64,000 nt of DNA from a bacterium (GTDB taxonomy: Bacteria; Patescibacteriota; Patescibacteriia; UBA1558; UBA10009), in NCBI GenBank assembly GCA_018672055.1, contig JABHGM010000001.1, positions 136,884 through 200,883 on the forward strand. Reading direction: 5' to 3'. The translations under genes and the position numbers were made by a program. The notes below the pieces were generated by a model that made no database searches, was not told where the DNA came from, and saw only the letters and a list, made by a program, of their open reading frames with translations. This document shows, piece by piece, positions 1-10,292 of this stretch. Within the stretch, counting starts at the first letter, position 1; each line of letters starts with the position of its first letter.

Positions 1-2
1 CA

Positions 3-119
3 AGTGGCTCAGATATTATTATTGTAGGTAGAGGTATATATGAATCAGCTAATCCAGAAGAAGAAGCTAAAAAATATAGAGAAGAAGGATTTAATGCTTA
101 CAAAACAAGAGAATATTGA
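3..119 (+). CDS. pyrF: 3' end of orotidine-5'-phosphate decarboxylase (partial; N-terminus lies upstream of the window)
   Basis: Frame 3 reads [38 protein letters not shown] then TGA at 117-119. The [11 protein letters not shown] motif is the conserved C-terminal phosphate-binding segment of URA3-type OMP decarboxylases. Confidence 0.5.
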   Translation, partial: SGSDIIIVGRGIYESANPEEEAKKYREEGFNAYKTREY

Positions 120-191
120 CTTTAATGATATAATATAATAAAATAATTTTAATCGTAAATTAAAAAAAATCAATTAGAAGAGGAGTCTAAT

Positions 192-602
192 ATGATGATC
201 AAAAAAATAGTAATCTTTATTATTACTACATTAGTACTAATTGCAGGAACCTTACACTATTTACCAATATTAACTAATTGGGAAATATATCTTTCTACTG
301 AGAGATATAGATTTCTGTGTGGAAGTATCATATTTGGTATAACTGCTAGTATAATACTTATCATGTTCCAAAACATACATGAAACACGTCTTGGAACAAT
401 ATGGTTTATAGGAACAAGTGGTATTATTGGTATAATAAATATTATTTATGGTATCATGATCTTTGGCTTTTGGGGAATTGTACCTGGAGTAGCATTATTA
501 ACTACTTACTACTTAATCTATTTTATAACCAAAATCACGGGTATCTTATACCATAATTATACTAACACTAATTATTTTATTGATAATAAAGTTCTTCCCT
601 AA
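192..602 (+). CDS. hypothetical small polytopic membrane protein
   Basis: 136-aa ORF with 4 hydrophobic helices. Nothing in the sequence identifies a family. An intrinsic terminator follows it. Confidence 0.4.
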   Translation: MMIKKIVIFIITTLVLIAGTLHYLPILTNWEIYLSTERYRFLCGSIIFGITASIILIMFQNIHETRLGTIWFIGTSGIIGIINIIYGIMIFGFWGIVPGVALLTTYYLIYFITKITGILYHNYTNTNYFIDNKVLP

Positions 603-622
603 ATCTAAAAAATCTTTCTCAT

Positions 623-652
623 CCCTCGTTTTTTTAAACGAGGGTTTTTTTT
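623..652 (+). terminator. rho-independent terminator
   Basis: Hairpin CCCTCG-TTTTTTTAAA-CGAGGG (623-644) followed by an 8-T run. Confidence 0.55.
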
Positions 653-749
653 AAGATAAACTTACAAAATAATATAAAAAATGATATAATATCCACATCA
701 AAAGCATGGGAGTATCTTAAATAGAACTCATGCTTTTATAATCCATAAT

Positions 750-3341
750 ATGTTTTTATCTAAACTAGAAATACAAGGTTTTAAATCTTTTGCTGAAAAA
801 GTTACTTTAGAATTCAATAAAGAACTAACAGCTATTGTCGGACCTAATGGTAGTGGTAAATCAAATATTACTGATGCTATCCGTTGGGTACTTGGCGAAC
901 AAAGTTTAAAACTTCTACGTGGTAAAAAATCAGCTGATGTTATCTTTGCTGGTTCCAAGAAAAAAGCTAGACTTGGCTTTGCTGAAGTAAGTCTTTTTTT
1001 AGATAATAAAAGTGGCAGAGCTCCGCTCGATTACCAAGAGATAGTCATCACACGTCGCATATACAGAAGCGGTGAAAGTGAATATTTAATAAATAAAAAT
1101 AAAGTAAGATTAACTGATATTCAACTCCTCTTAGCCAAATCATCTTTCGGACAAAAAACATATTCAATTATTGGCCAAGGCATGATTGATTCCATACTTA
1201 CCTCTTCACCAGCTGAAAGAAAAGAATTTTTTGACGAAGCTACTGGTATAAGAGAATTTCAAATTAAAAAAGATCAAGCCTCACATAAATTAGATCGTTC
1301 TGAAGAAAATCTAGGACAATCTCAACAAGTCTTACAAGAAATATCACCTAGACTTAAATCTCTGACTAGACAAATGAAAAAATTAGAACGTAAAGAAGAA
1401 ATAAATGAAAAATTAAAAGATTTACAAACTAAATATTATTCAAAACTCTTAAATGATTTAAAAAAGGATGAGGATAAAATTAATGAAAAACTAGCTAAAG
1501 TAGGAATTCAGAAAAAAGATTTAGAAACAGAGCAACTTGAATTACAAAAAGATATGGAAGCTATCCATATTCAAGATACTGAAGCTGAGGCTTTCCATAA
1601 GTTACAAGAAGAATACTCTCAAAAAAATAATAAAAAAAATAGTTTAATGCAAGAATTAACTATTATTAAAGGTAAGATAGATTTAGGACTAACCAAACTT
1701 GGAAAAACAGACTTAGTATGGGCAAGTTCCAAAAAAGAAGAATTAGATAATGAATTAACTGTAACTATAAGCAGTATTAAGAGTAATAATGATCTATTAG
1801 ATAAAGTGAGTAAGCAATTAGAAGAAAAGAGTGATAAGCAGAATAATATATTAAAAGAATTTAATGAATTACAAGATGAATTACTTAAAGCTCAAAAAGA
1901 ATTATCAAAGAGTGATAACTTTTCATTAAATAAAATTCAAAGTCATTTAACTGACCTCTATGAAAAGCAACAAGAATTTTTAGAAGCTTTAGATAAAATA
2001 ACTGAATTAGGACAACTAAAGAAGTTAAAAGATAAAGCAGAAGCTATAGCTAAAGAAATTAATTGGCTAACAAATAAATTAAGTGAGAATGATAATGATA
2101 ATTCTAATCAAATAGTTAAATTACAAGAACGTTTAAATAATTTCTTAGTTACTAAAGATTCTTTAGTTAATGAAATACAAGAACTTAAAATAAACTATGA
2201 AACTACCAAACAAAAAAATAATCATTTAAATGATTCAAAGGATAAATATGAAAATGATTTAAAAAAGATAAGCGGACAAATAAATGGTAATGAATCTAAA
2301 GATGCTATAAATAATGATAAGCAAGAATTAGAAAAAAAGATTCAACTAATTGAACAGGAATTAGATAATTTAAAAAAGAAGTTAGACAGTTTTTCTAAAG
2401 ATCAAGAAGCTAGTAGATTAACATTGCTTAAAGCACAAAGAGCTATACAAGACATACAGATACAATTAAATAATCAAAATAATGAGTATAGTAATTTCAA
2501 GATTGAACTAGCCAAGGTTGAAACAAAACATGAAGAGTTAGAAAAAGAAATTGCTACCAATGTAAAAAATGATTTTAAGCAATCTGAAATTAAAGATGAT
2601 ATTAATCTAGGAGAAACTTATGCAGAAATATCACGTCTTAAAAATCAATTAGCAATTATTGGTGGCATTGATGAAGAAGTGGCAGTGGAATACAAAGAAG
2701 TAAAAGAAAGGCATGACTTCTTAAACGAACAGATTACTGATCTTGGGCAAGCTATTAAATCATGTCATGACATTATTGAAGATTTAGATCAAAAAATGAA
2801 AAAACAATTTGAAAATTCATTTGAAAAGATAAATGAAAAATTCACATACTTTTTTAAAGTATTATTTAATGGTGGTAATGCAAAGTTAATACTTAAAAAA
2901 TCTGAAATAAAAGAAGTAGTAAAAGAAACTGAAGAAAATATAAAAGAAGAAATAGTAGAAGAAGAGATTAGACCTAAAAAAATAGAATATGGTATTGAAA
3001 TAGAAGCTACACCTCCAGGTAAAAAGTTAAAGAATTTAAATATGTTATCAGGTGGAGAAAAAGCTTTAACTTCAATCGCTATTATCTCTGCTATCATGTC
3101 AAATAACCCCTCACCTTTCGTAATACTAGATGAAGTAGATGCAGCACTTGATGAAGCTAACTCTGAAAGATTTATAAAAATAATAGATGAATTATCTGAT
3201 AAAACACAATTTATAACTATAACCCATAATAGAGCAACTATGCATCAAGCAGCTATACTTTACGGTGTTACCATGGGTGATAACGGTATATCTAAATTAC
3301 TCTCTATTAATCTAACTGAAGCAGAAAAAGTGGCAGAATAA
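750..3341 (+). CDS. smc: SMC-family chromosome condensation ATPase (short form, no recognisable hinge)
   Basis: N-terminus FKSFAEKVTLEFNKELTAIVGPNGSGKSNITDAIRWVLGEQS gives the Walker A motif. The C-terminus LSGGEKALTSIAIISAIMSNNPSPFVILDEVDAALDEAN gives the signature motif and Walker B, followed by a D-loop. The roughly 560 residues between the heads are continuous K/E/L/Q-rich coiled coil. Confidence 0.8.
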   Translation: MFLSKLEIQGFKSFAEKVTLEFNKELTAIVGPNGSGKSNITDAIRWVLGEQSLKLLRGKKSADVIFAGSKKKARLGFAEVSLFLDNKSGRAPLDYQEIVITRRIYRSGESEYLINKNKVRLTDIQLLLAKSSFGQKTYSIIGQGMIDSILTSSPAERKEFFDEATGIREFQIKKDQASHKLDRSEENLGQSQQVLQEISPRLKSLTRQMKKLERKEEINEKLKDLQTKYYSKLLNDLKKDEDKINEKLAKVGIQKKDLETEQLELQKDMEAIHIQDTEAEAFHKLQEEYSQKNNKKNSLMQELTIIKGKIDLGLTKLGKTDLVWASSKKEELDNELTVTISSIKSNNDLLDKVSKQLEEKSDKQNNILKEFNELQDELLKAQKELSKSDNFSLNKIQSHLTDLYEKQQEFLEALDKITELGQLKKLKDKAEAIAKEINWLTNKLSENDNDNSNQIVKLQERLNNFLVTKDSLVNEIQELKINYETTKQKNNHLNDSKDKYENDLKKISGQINGNESKDAINNDKQELEKKIQLIEQELDNLKKKLDSFSKDQEASRLTLLKAQRAIQDIQIQLNNQNNEYSNFKIELAKVETKHEELEKEIATNVKNDFKQSEIKDDINLGETYAEISRLKNQLAIIGGIDEEVAVEYKEVKERHDFLNEQITDLGQAIKSCHDIIEDLDQKMKKQFENSFEKINEKFTYFFKVLFNGGNAKLILKKSEIKEVVKETEENIKEEIVEEEIRPKKIEYGIEIEATPPGKKLKNLNMLSGGEKALTSIAIISAIMSNNPSPFVILDEVDAALDEANSERFIKIIDELSDKTQFITITHNRATMHQAAILYGVTMGDNGISKLLSINLTEAEKVAE

Positions 3342-3453
3342 AATAATTTAAATGAGAAATGTGTTTAGCCTTGACATTTCTCTGTTTTCTATTATAATAT
3401 CCCTAAATAACGAAATAGTGCTCAAATTTTAATTAATAATAAATACACAAGAT

Positions 3454-3909
3454 ATGTTAATGATTCGCTTATCCAGAGTCGGTAAGAAAAAACAACCTAC
3501 TTATAGAATAATAATTTCTGAAAAACAGAAGGATCCTTGGGGTAAATATCTAGAACTCTTAGGAAATTATAATCCTCATACTAAAGAAATTAACTTAGAA
3601 GTAGATAGAATAAAATATTGGCTTAGTAAAGGTGCTCAAGCTTCTAATACAGTAAATAACCTTTTAATTAAAGAAGGTATTTTAGAAGGTGATAAGAAAA
3701 AATCAGTTGCTATCTCTAAAAAGCTTATTGCTAGAAAAGAAAGTAAAGATAAAGAAGCTGATGATAAAAAACAAGCCGAAGAAGTTAAGAAAGAAGAGCC
3801 AAAGACTGAAACACCCAAAGAAGAAGCTAAAGTAGAAGAAAAGCCTAAGGAAGAAAAAGCTGAAGAAGCTCCAAAGGAAGAAGTTAAGAAAGAAGAGCCA
3901 AAAGCTTAA
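3454..3909 (+). CDS. rpsP: 30S ribosomal protein S16 with a K/E/P-rich C-terminal extension
   Basis: MIRLSRVGKKKQPTYRIIISEKQKDPWGKYLELLGNYNPHT matches the S16 N-terminal core. It is followed by a ~70-aa low-complexity tail of PKEE/VKKEEPK repeats. Confidence 0.85.
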   Translation: MLMIRLSRVGKKKQPTYRIIISEKQKDPWGKYLELLGNYNPHTKEINLEVDRIKYWLSKGAQASNTVNNLLIKEGILEGDKKKSVAISKKLIARKESKDKEADDKKQAEEVKKEEPKTETPKEEAKVEEKPKEEKAEEAPKEEVKKEEPKA

Positions 3910-4009
3910 ATACCTTGACAAAACATAATATACAATATATAATGTTATATACATTATCATCTCTTAATTAAGATAGTAATGGAAATCTAATCAATCTAAC
4001 TGCAGAAAT

Positions 4010-4330
4010 ATGGCAGAAGAAGTAGATCACAAGTTTCTAGATTTCGTCGTAAAAGGATTAGTTGATAATCCAAAAGACGTCAAAATCGAAAGAACTATCG
4101 ATGAAATGGGTGTACTATTAACACTCAATATTAATCCAGCCGACATGGGACAAATAATTGGTCGCCAAGGTCAAACAGCAAGAGCTATCAGAACTCTTTT
4201 AAGAGTTGTTGGTGCTAAATCAAATGCTAGGGTTAATTTAAAAATTGTTGAACCTGAAGGTTCAAGAAAACCAGCTGAGACTAAGACCGAAGAGGTTGAT
4301 ACCAGCGCAGTAGATGATTTAAAATTATAA
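4010..4330 (+). CDS. KH-domain RNA-binding protein (YlqC/UPF0109-like)
   Basis: Carries the GxxG KH motif IGRQGQTARAIRTLLRVVG. Its position between rpsP and trmD is the conserved position for this protein. Confidence 0.75.
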   Translation: MAEEVDHKFLDFVVKGLVDNPKDVKIERTIDEMGVLLTLNINPADMGQIIGRQGQTARAIRTLLRVVGAKSNARVNLKIVEPEGSRKPAETKTEEVDTSAVDDLKL

Positions 4331-4355
4331 ATTCAAATCATTGAATAAAACAAAA

Positions 4356-4381
4356 ACCTTACCACACGTGTAAGGTTTTTG
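4356..4381 (+). terminator. rho-independent terminator
   Basis: CCTTAC-CACACGT-GTAAGG followed by TTTTT. Confidence 0.55.
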
Positions 4382-4410
4382 TATTGATTAATATATGATA
4401 CTATTTAAAT

Positions 4411-5052
4411 ATGAAATTCGACATAATAACAATCTTTCCTAAAATACTAGATTCTTACTTTAATGAGTCTATTCTTAAACGTGCTCAAAAAAATAAGAAG
4501 GTTAAAATTATAACTCATGATTTAAGAAAGTGCTCAAAGGATAAGCATAAAAATACTGATGACTCACCTTATGGCGGAGGCCCTGGCATGATAATGATGA
4601 TTCAACCGCTCTATAACTGTTTAAAAAAGATAAGGCGTAAAAAGAATTCGCGTGTTATTATGCTTGATCCAGCTGGTAAACAATTTGATCAAAAAACAGC
4701 ACTTAGATATTCAAAATTAGATCAACTAATTTTTATATGTGGTAGATACGAAGGAATTGATGAGAGAATAAGTAATTATGTAGATGAAAAAATATCTATT
4801 GGCCCATATGTCTTATCCGGCGGTGAGCTTGGTGCTGCTGTTATTACTGAAGCAGTAGCTAGATTAATACCAGGTGTTTTAGGTTCAAAAGACTCACTTC
4901 AATATGAAACATTCTCAGGTGAAAAAAGCGATATTGTAGAATACCCACAATATACAAGACCAGAAAGTTTTAAAGACATGAATGTTCCTAAAATACTACT
5001 TAGTGGTAATCATAAAGAAATAGATAAGTGGCGAAAAAATAAGAAGAAATAG
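4411..5052 (+). CDS. trmD: tRNA (guanine37-N1)-methyltransferase
   Basis: MKFDIITIFP, YGGGPGM, ICGRYEGIDERI and SIGPYVLSGGELGA match the SPOUT-fold TrmD motifs. Confidence 0.9.
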   Translation: MKFDIITIFPKILDSYFNESILKRAQKNKKVKIITHDLRKCSKDKHKNTDDSPYGGGPGMIMMIQPLYNCLKKIRRKKNSRVIMLDPAGKQFDQKTALRYSKLDQLIFICGRYEGIDERISNYVDEKISIGPYVLSGGELGAAVITEAVARLIPGVLGSKDSLQYETFSGEKSDIVEYPQYTRPESFKDMNVPKILLSGNHKEIDKWRKNKKK

Positions 5053-5064
5053 AATATATAAAAA

Positions 5065-5094
5065 AGCCCAGTCTTATTTACGACCGGGCTTTTA
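5065..5094. terminator. probable bidirectional terminator between convergent genes
   Basis: AGCCCAGTC-ttatttac-GACCGGGCT with one mismatch, followed by TTTT. Confidence 0.45.
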
Positions 5095-5107
5095 TAATTA
5101 ACCATAA

Positions 5108-5869
5108 TTAAAGATTAAACTTTTCAAACTTATTTCTTACAGCTTGATAACTCAAGTGTATAGATTTAGCTAATACAGTTTTCTTATACCCAGATTCTCT
5201 ATACAGATACTCTAAGATATGCTTATCAAATTCATCATTCGCAGGGTACCATTTTTTAACTTCAAGGTGATCAATAAAATCCTGTATAGGCTGGATAATA
5301 TTCTCAGTAGGCATGACTTTATCACTGATTCGTAAATCAATGAACTCAAAACCTTTTTTATTCAACTTCAGATGATTAGAATAATAAGTTGCTTTTATTA
5401 AATCAATATCTTCCAAGAACTTTTGAAACTTATTATTATTATGCCTATGATAAGAAATCAAATTGTAATGAAAAAGATCTTTTATCTCTTGCCATGGCTT
5501 ATCCTTAATTAGTTCAAATAGATCATTATCTGATGTCTTTTCTAATTTAGAATCTGCTAAAAAACCAGGCCGAATATTCCATTTAATTTTAATCGTCGAC
5601 CCCTCGTGTTCATATTCACATTCAAATGGATTATCATCCTCTAATAATGAAATAATTTTCTTTAGTAATTCTCCAAAACTACTATCTATTTCCAGTATAC
5701 TTACTAATGGCTCAGACAACTCATTGTCGATTATAAAACCGTCTATTAGACGTCCATCCCATAAAAGAATTCCTATTACCAATCCCTCAAGCACTGGATT
5801 TTTAACTTCAAATGAAGTTAATAGATCGAGTAATTCTCCATACTTCCTTGCTAAATATATATTTATCAT
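5108..5869 (-). CDS. hypothetical protein, with a possible C-terminal helix-turn-helix
   Basis: 253-aa ORF. The C-terminal GYKKTVLAKSIHLSYQAVRNKFEKF resembles a Fis/NtrC-type HTH. No other recognisable motifs. Confidence 0.35.
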   Translation of the reverse strand: MINIYLARKYGELLDLLTSFEVKNPVLEGLVIGILLWDGRLIDGFIIDNELSEPLVSILEIDSSFGELLKKIISLLEDDNPFECEYEHEGSTIKIKWNIRPGFLADSKLEKTSDNDLFELIKDKPWQEIKDLFHYNLISYHRHNNNKFQKFLEDIDLIKATYYSNHLKLNKKGFEFIDLRISDKVMPTENIIQPIQDFIDHLEVKKWYPANDEFDKHILEYLYRESGYKKTVLAKSIHLSYQAVRNKFEKFNL

Positions 5870-5987
5870 TTCTTCTCCTTATTTTTATGATTAATGTATT
5901 TATTTTTTAATTTACGTGAATAATATAGACTATCATTTAGGCCGCTTTATGTCAATCACCTGCTCTTTCTACTGGCTTTTTATACCC

Positions 5988-6016
5988 TTGACTTAATATA
6001 GGGTATAATATATAAT
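5988..6016 (+). promoter_or_regulatory. sigma70-like promoter, candidate rRNA operon promoter
   Basis: TTGACT (5988-5993), a 17-nt spacer, then TATAAT (6011-6016), about 390 nt upstream of the 16S 5' end. A boxA-like CTTTAAGCAA lies at about 6153. A 13-nt tandem repeat AATACTAACAATT occurs at 6053 and 6073. Confidence 0.35.
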
Positions 6017-6276
6017 CCTCATAGGTTCCAATAAGTCGAATTTTATAAATTAAATACTAACAATTTCAACAAAATACTAACAATTAGTTAATTTTGAACG
6101 AAAGACAGAGGTTTTTGAAAGACTAAAGGCTTAGAGACATCATATTTGATAATCTTTAAGCAAACAGTTGTCGAAACCCCCTGTTTTTTGTTCACTATAT
6201 AAATACGAACTATTTAGTCGCAGCACCAATTGCATATACTAAATATATGGATATTTATATAGTCCCCGGACTTTGA

Positions 6277-6313
6277 CAGCTGAAAAAGTAATAGGATTAA
6301 CATATGTTAATTC
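6277..6313 (+). other. 5' arm of the pre-16S processing stem
   Basis: CAGCTGAAAAAGTAATAGGATTAACATATGTTAATTCC is nearly perfectly complementary to 7960-7992. Confidence 0.6.
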
Positions 6314-6396
6314 CTTCAATTCCAAAGGTGAACTTTTTATAACTGTTCATCTTATTCTCCGATCTCTTTGGAGAATAGAAAAAATAAATGTTATAT

Positions 6397-7888
<1,492 letters not shown>

Positions 7889-7959
7889 TAGGGAGTATTT
7901 ACTCAGTCATCTTTTTTAAAGATGATCTTAGAGAGGTCGAATACATTTTAATGTATACG

Positions 7960-7992
7960 GGAATTAACATTAATCCTATTACTTTCTAGCTG
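7960..7992 (+). other. 3' arm of the pre-16S processing stem
   Basis: GGAATTAACATTAATCCTATTACTTTCTAGCTG is the reverse complement of the 5' flank at 6277-6313, the usual RNase III-type processing helix. Confidence 0.6.
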
Positions 7993-8000
7993 TTAAAGTG

Positions 8001-8027
8001 GCTGGGTTTTCAAGCCCAGCTTTTTTT
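8001..8027 (+). terminator. terminator-like hairpin between the 16S and the tRNA pair
   Basis: GCTGGG-ttttcaag-CCCAGC followed by TTTTTTT. Confidence 0.4.
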
Positions 8028-8044
8028 GTTATCATTTACCTATT

Positions 8045-8119
8045 GCCACGGTAGCTCAGTGGTAGAGCAGTGGACTGAAAATCCACGTGTCGGCGGTTCA
8101 ATTCCACCCCGTGGCACCA
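8045..8119 (+). tRNA. tRNA-Phe (GAA), CCA encoded
   Basis: GCCACGG acceptor stem, GTTCAATTCC T-loop, anticodon loop CTGAAAA. Confidence 0.9.
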
Positions 8120-8196
8120 GGGCGATTAGCTCAGTTGGTTAGAGCGCTACACTGATAATGTAGAGGTCGGAGGTTCAACTCCTCCATCGCCCACCA
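8120..8196 (+). tRNA. tRNA-Ile (GAT), CCA encoded, directly abutting tRNA-Phe
   Basis: GGGCGAT acceptor stem, anticodon loop CTGATAA, GGTTCAACTCC T-loop. Confidence 0.9.
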
Positions 8197-8202
8197 TAAA
8201 AG

Positions 8203-8226
8203 ACCGAATTTACTTTCGGTTTTTTA
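8203..8226 (+). terminator. rho-independent terminator after the tRNA pair
   Basis: ACCGAA-tttact-TTCGGT followed by TTTTTT. Confidence 0.55.
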
Positions 8227-8283
8227 TATTGACTAATATTTTATATTAAGCTAAGGTTATTCTAATATTTAAATGGAGGGCAT

Positions 8284-8637
8284 ATGCCTTATTTCGTTAT
8301 ACTTATATTAGTAGCCCTAGTTCTTTACACAATCGCAATCTGGTCAGAAACAATTGTTAAACAATTAAAGCCATGGATAATTATAATATTTTCCATTGCT
8401 CTAATTTGTGACATTATTAGCACTTCTAAAATGTACTTTTTAGCAGGTAATCAAGAACTTAATCTTCATAGTGTAGCTGGTTATGCAGCCTTAGGAATTA
8501 TGTTATTACATTTTATCTGGGCAATCCTAGCTATAATAGGATTTAAAAACTTGGCTTTTTACTTTAATCGCTACTCTGTCTATGCTTGGTTTTTCTGGTT
8601 AATTACTTTTGGCACAGGAGTTTATCATAGGTTATGA
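8284..8637 (+). CDS. hypothetical small membrane protein (4 TM)
   Basis: 117-aa hydrophobic ORF. Its TGA stop is embedded in the following terminator hairpin. Confidence 0.45.
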   Translation: MPYFVILILVALVLYTIAIWSETIVKQLKPWIIIIFSIALICDIISTSKMYFLAGNQELNLHSVAGYAALGIMLLHFIWAILAIIGFKNLAFYFNRYSVYAWFFWLITFGTGVYHRL

Positions 8638-8656
8638 GAAATCATAACCTTTTTTA
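8629..8656 (+). terminator. rho-independent terminator
   Basis: AGGTTATGA-gaaa-TCATAACCT followed by TTTTT. Confidence 0.5.
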
Positions 8657-8685
8657 TTTTAGTTAAAAAGTATATAATAATTAAT

Positions 8686-9651
8686 ATGTTAATAAATATA
8701 CTATTCATAATAATAGGTTTTCTTATCCTTATTAAATCTGCTGATTGGTTAGTTGATAGTTCAGCAAATTTAGCAAACAAACTAGGAATATCTGCTTTAG
8801 TTATTGGTTTAACTATTGTGGCTTTTGGTACTTCAGCTCCAGAACTTGTAGTTAATCTAATTTCAAGTTTAAAAGGTAATAATGCTTTAGTTTTTGGTAA
8901 CATAGTTGGTAGTAATATTGCCAATATATTGTTAGTAGTAGGTTTGGGTGCTTTAATTATGCCCTTAACCATTAAATCACAAACTCTATTTAAAGAAATA
9001 CCTTTAATGGTGCTTGGAGGTTTGGGTTTGATTATTTTAGCTTTTGATAAGTTTTTTACAAATAGTCCTAATATAATTGATAGAAGTGATGGAGCTATCT
9101 TACTTTTGATCTTTGCTATCTTTGTATATTACATAATTCAATCTGCTCTTTCTGAAAGAGGTAAAGTAGAAAAAAAATTCGCTAAGAGTATTAAAGAACA
9201 AAATACATTATTATCTATAGTCTTAATTATAGTATCAGCTATTGGCTTGTTCATTGGTGGTAAATTAGTAGTTGATAATGCTATTTCTCTAGCAACTATA
9301 CTTGGAGTAGGTGAAAAATTAATTGGTTTAACTATTGTAGCCATTGGCACTTCCCTACCTGAACTTACTACTGTTATAATATGTACTCTTAAGAAAAATA
9401 CTGATATGGCTATTGGTGGTATAATTGGTAGTAATATATTTAATACCTTATTTATATTTGGTCTAAGTAGTTTTATAACACCTGTTGAGCTAAATATGCC
9501 AGTTAGATTTGATCTATCAGTAATGATGATAGCTTTTCTCTTAATCTTTTTATTCAGTTTAACTAAGAGAAGAATTGAGAAATGGGAAGGTTTTGTTCTT
9601 TTTGTAATATACTTAGTCTATATATTAATGCTTATTCTAGGAGTTAATTAA
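8686..9651 (+). CDS. Ca2+/Na+ antiporter of the CaCA family (YrbG-like)
   Basis: Two alpha-repeat signatures, GTSAPELVVN and GTSLPELTT, separated by a hydrophilic loop, plus about 10 TM helices. Confidence 0.8.
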   Translation: MLINILFIIIGFLILIKSADWLVDSSANLANKLGISALVIGLTIVAFGTSAPELVVNLISSLKGNNALVFGNIVGSNIANILLVVGLGALIMPLTIKSQTLFKEIPLMVLGGLGLIILAFDKFFTNSPNIIDRSDGAILLLIFAIFVYYIIQSALSERGKVEKKFAKSIKEQNTLLSIVLIIVSAIGLFIGGKLVVDNAISLATILGVGEKLIGLTIVAIGTSLPELTTVIICTLKKNTDMAIGGIIGSNIFNTLFIFGLSSFITPVELNMPVRFDLSVMMIAFLLIFLFSLTKRRIEKWEGFVLFVIYLVYILMLILGVN

Positions 9652-9706
9652 TAGACTTGATTTATTTTAATAGAAATGGTATCGTTAGGTACGATTTCAT
9701 TATTAT

Positions 9707-9783
9707 CGGGCTGTGGCGCAGTTGGCTAGCGCGCCTGCTTTGGGAGCAGGAGGCCGTGAGTTCAAGTCTCACCAGCCCGACCA
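9707..9783 (+). tRNA. tRNA-Pro (TGG), CCA encoded
   Basis: CGGGCTG acceptor stem, anticodon loop TTTGGGA, GTTCAAGTC T-loop. Confidence 0.9.
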
Positions 9784-9787
9784 GAAC

Positions 9788-9863
9788 GCGGGTATTGTAT
9801 AATGGCTTATTATGTCAGCCTTCCAAGCTGAAGATACGGGTTCGATTCCCGTTACCCGCTCCA
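9788..9863 (+). tRNA. tRNA-Gly (TCC), CCA encoded
   Basis: GCGGGTA acceptor stem, anticodon loop CTTCCAA, ACGGG/CCCGT T-stem, one mismatch in the D-stem. It sits 4 nt after tRNA-Pro. Confidence 0.85.
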
Positions 9864-9901
9864 AATAACCAATTATGGTTATTTTTTGATATAATAAAAA
9901 T

Positions 9902-10219
9902 ATGAACTTCAATCAAAAAGTAATAGTCTTAATTAAAAAAATACCAAAAGGTAGAGTAGCTACTTATGGTCAAATAGCTTCTTTAGTCTCAACACCTCGT
10001 GCAGCTCGTATGGTAGGCGGTATTTTACATAGAGACTCAGAAAAATATGATTTACCATGGCAAAGAGTCATTAATTCAAAAGGTATGATCTCTACTACTT
10101 GCCAAAAGCATTCTTCTAACCTTCAAGCTAAGCTTCTTCAAAATGAAGGAGTTAAAGTAATTAAAAAAGATAATAATTACTTTATTGATTTAAAAAAATA
10201 TCTTTGGAGGGAAGCTTGA
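9902..10219 (+). CDS. alkyltransferase-like protein (MGMT DNA-binding fold with Trp replacing the catalytic Cys)
   Basis: ATYGQIASLV followed by PWQRVINSKG. The Ogt/Ada active-site PCHRV motif has Trp here, the hallmark of ATL proteins such as YbaZ and Atl1. Confidence 0.65.
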   Translation: MNFNQKVIVLIKKIPKGRVATYGQIASLVSTPRAARMVGGILHRDSEKYDLPWQRVINSKGMISTTCQKHSSNLQAKLLQNEGVKVIKKDNNYFIDLKKYLWREA

Positions 10220-10292
10220 CAAAATAAGTATAATATGCTAAGATATAGGGGTAATCCAATGCTATATGCATAGGTTTTTTTAATACCCATAT

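Noticed and set aside
728-3960. Antisense or embedded ORFs 728-958(-), 2789-3097(-), 3636-3818(-) and 3703-3960(-)
   Set aside because: They overlap well-supported smc and rpsP coding regions on the opposite strand and are low-complexity F/S/L-rich translations of the complement of K/E-rich coding DNA.
6273-6278. TTGACA immediately upstream of the 16S as a second rRNA promoter
   Set aside because: No acceptable -10 hexamer lies 16-18 nt downstream (GATTAA/ATTAAC), and the hexamer sits inside the processing-stem arm. It is probably fortuitous.
9657-9905. 82-aa ORF on the plus strand
   Set aside because: It overlaps the tRNA-Pro and tRNA-Gly genes. Its translation (…WRSWLARLLWEQEAVSS…) is tRNA sequence read as protein.
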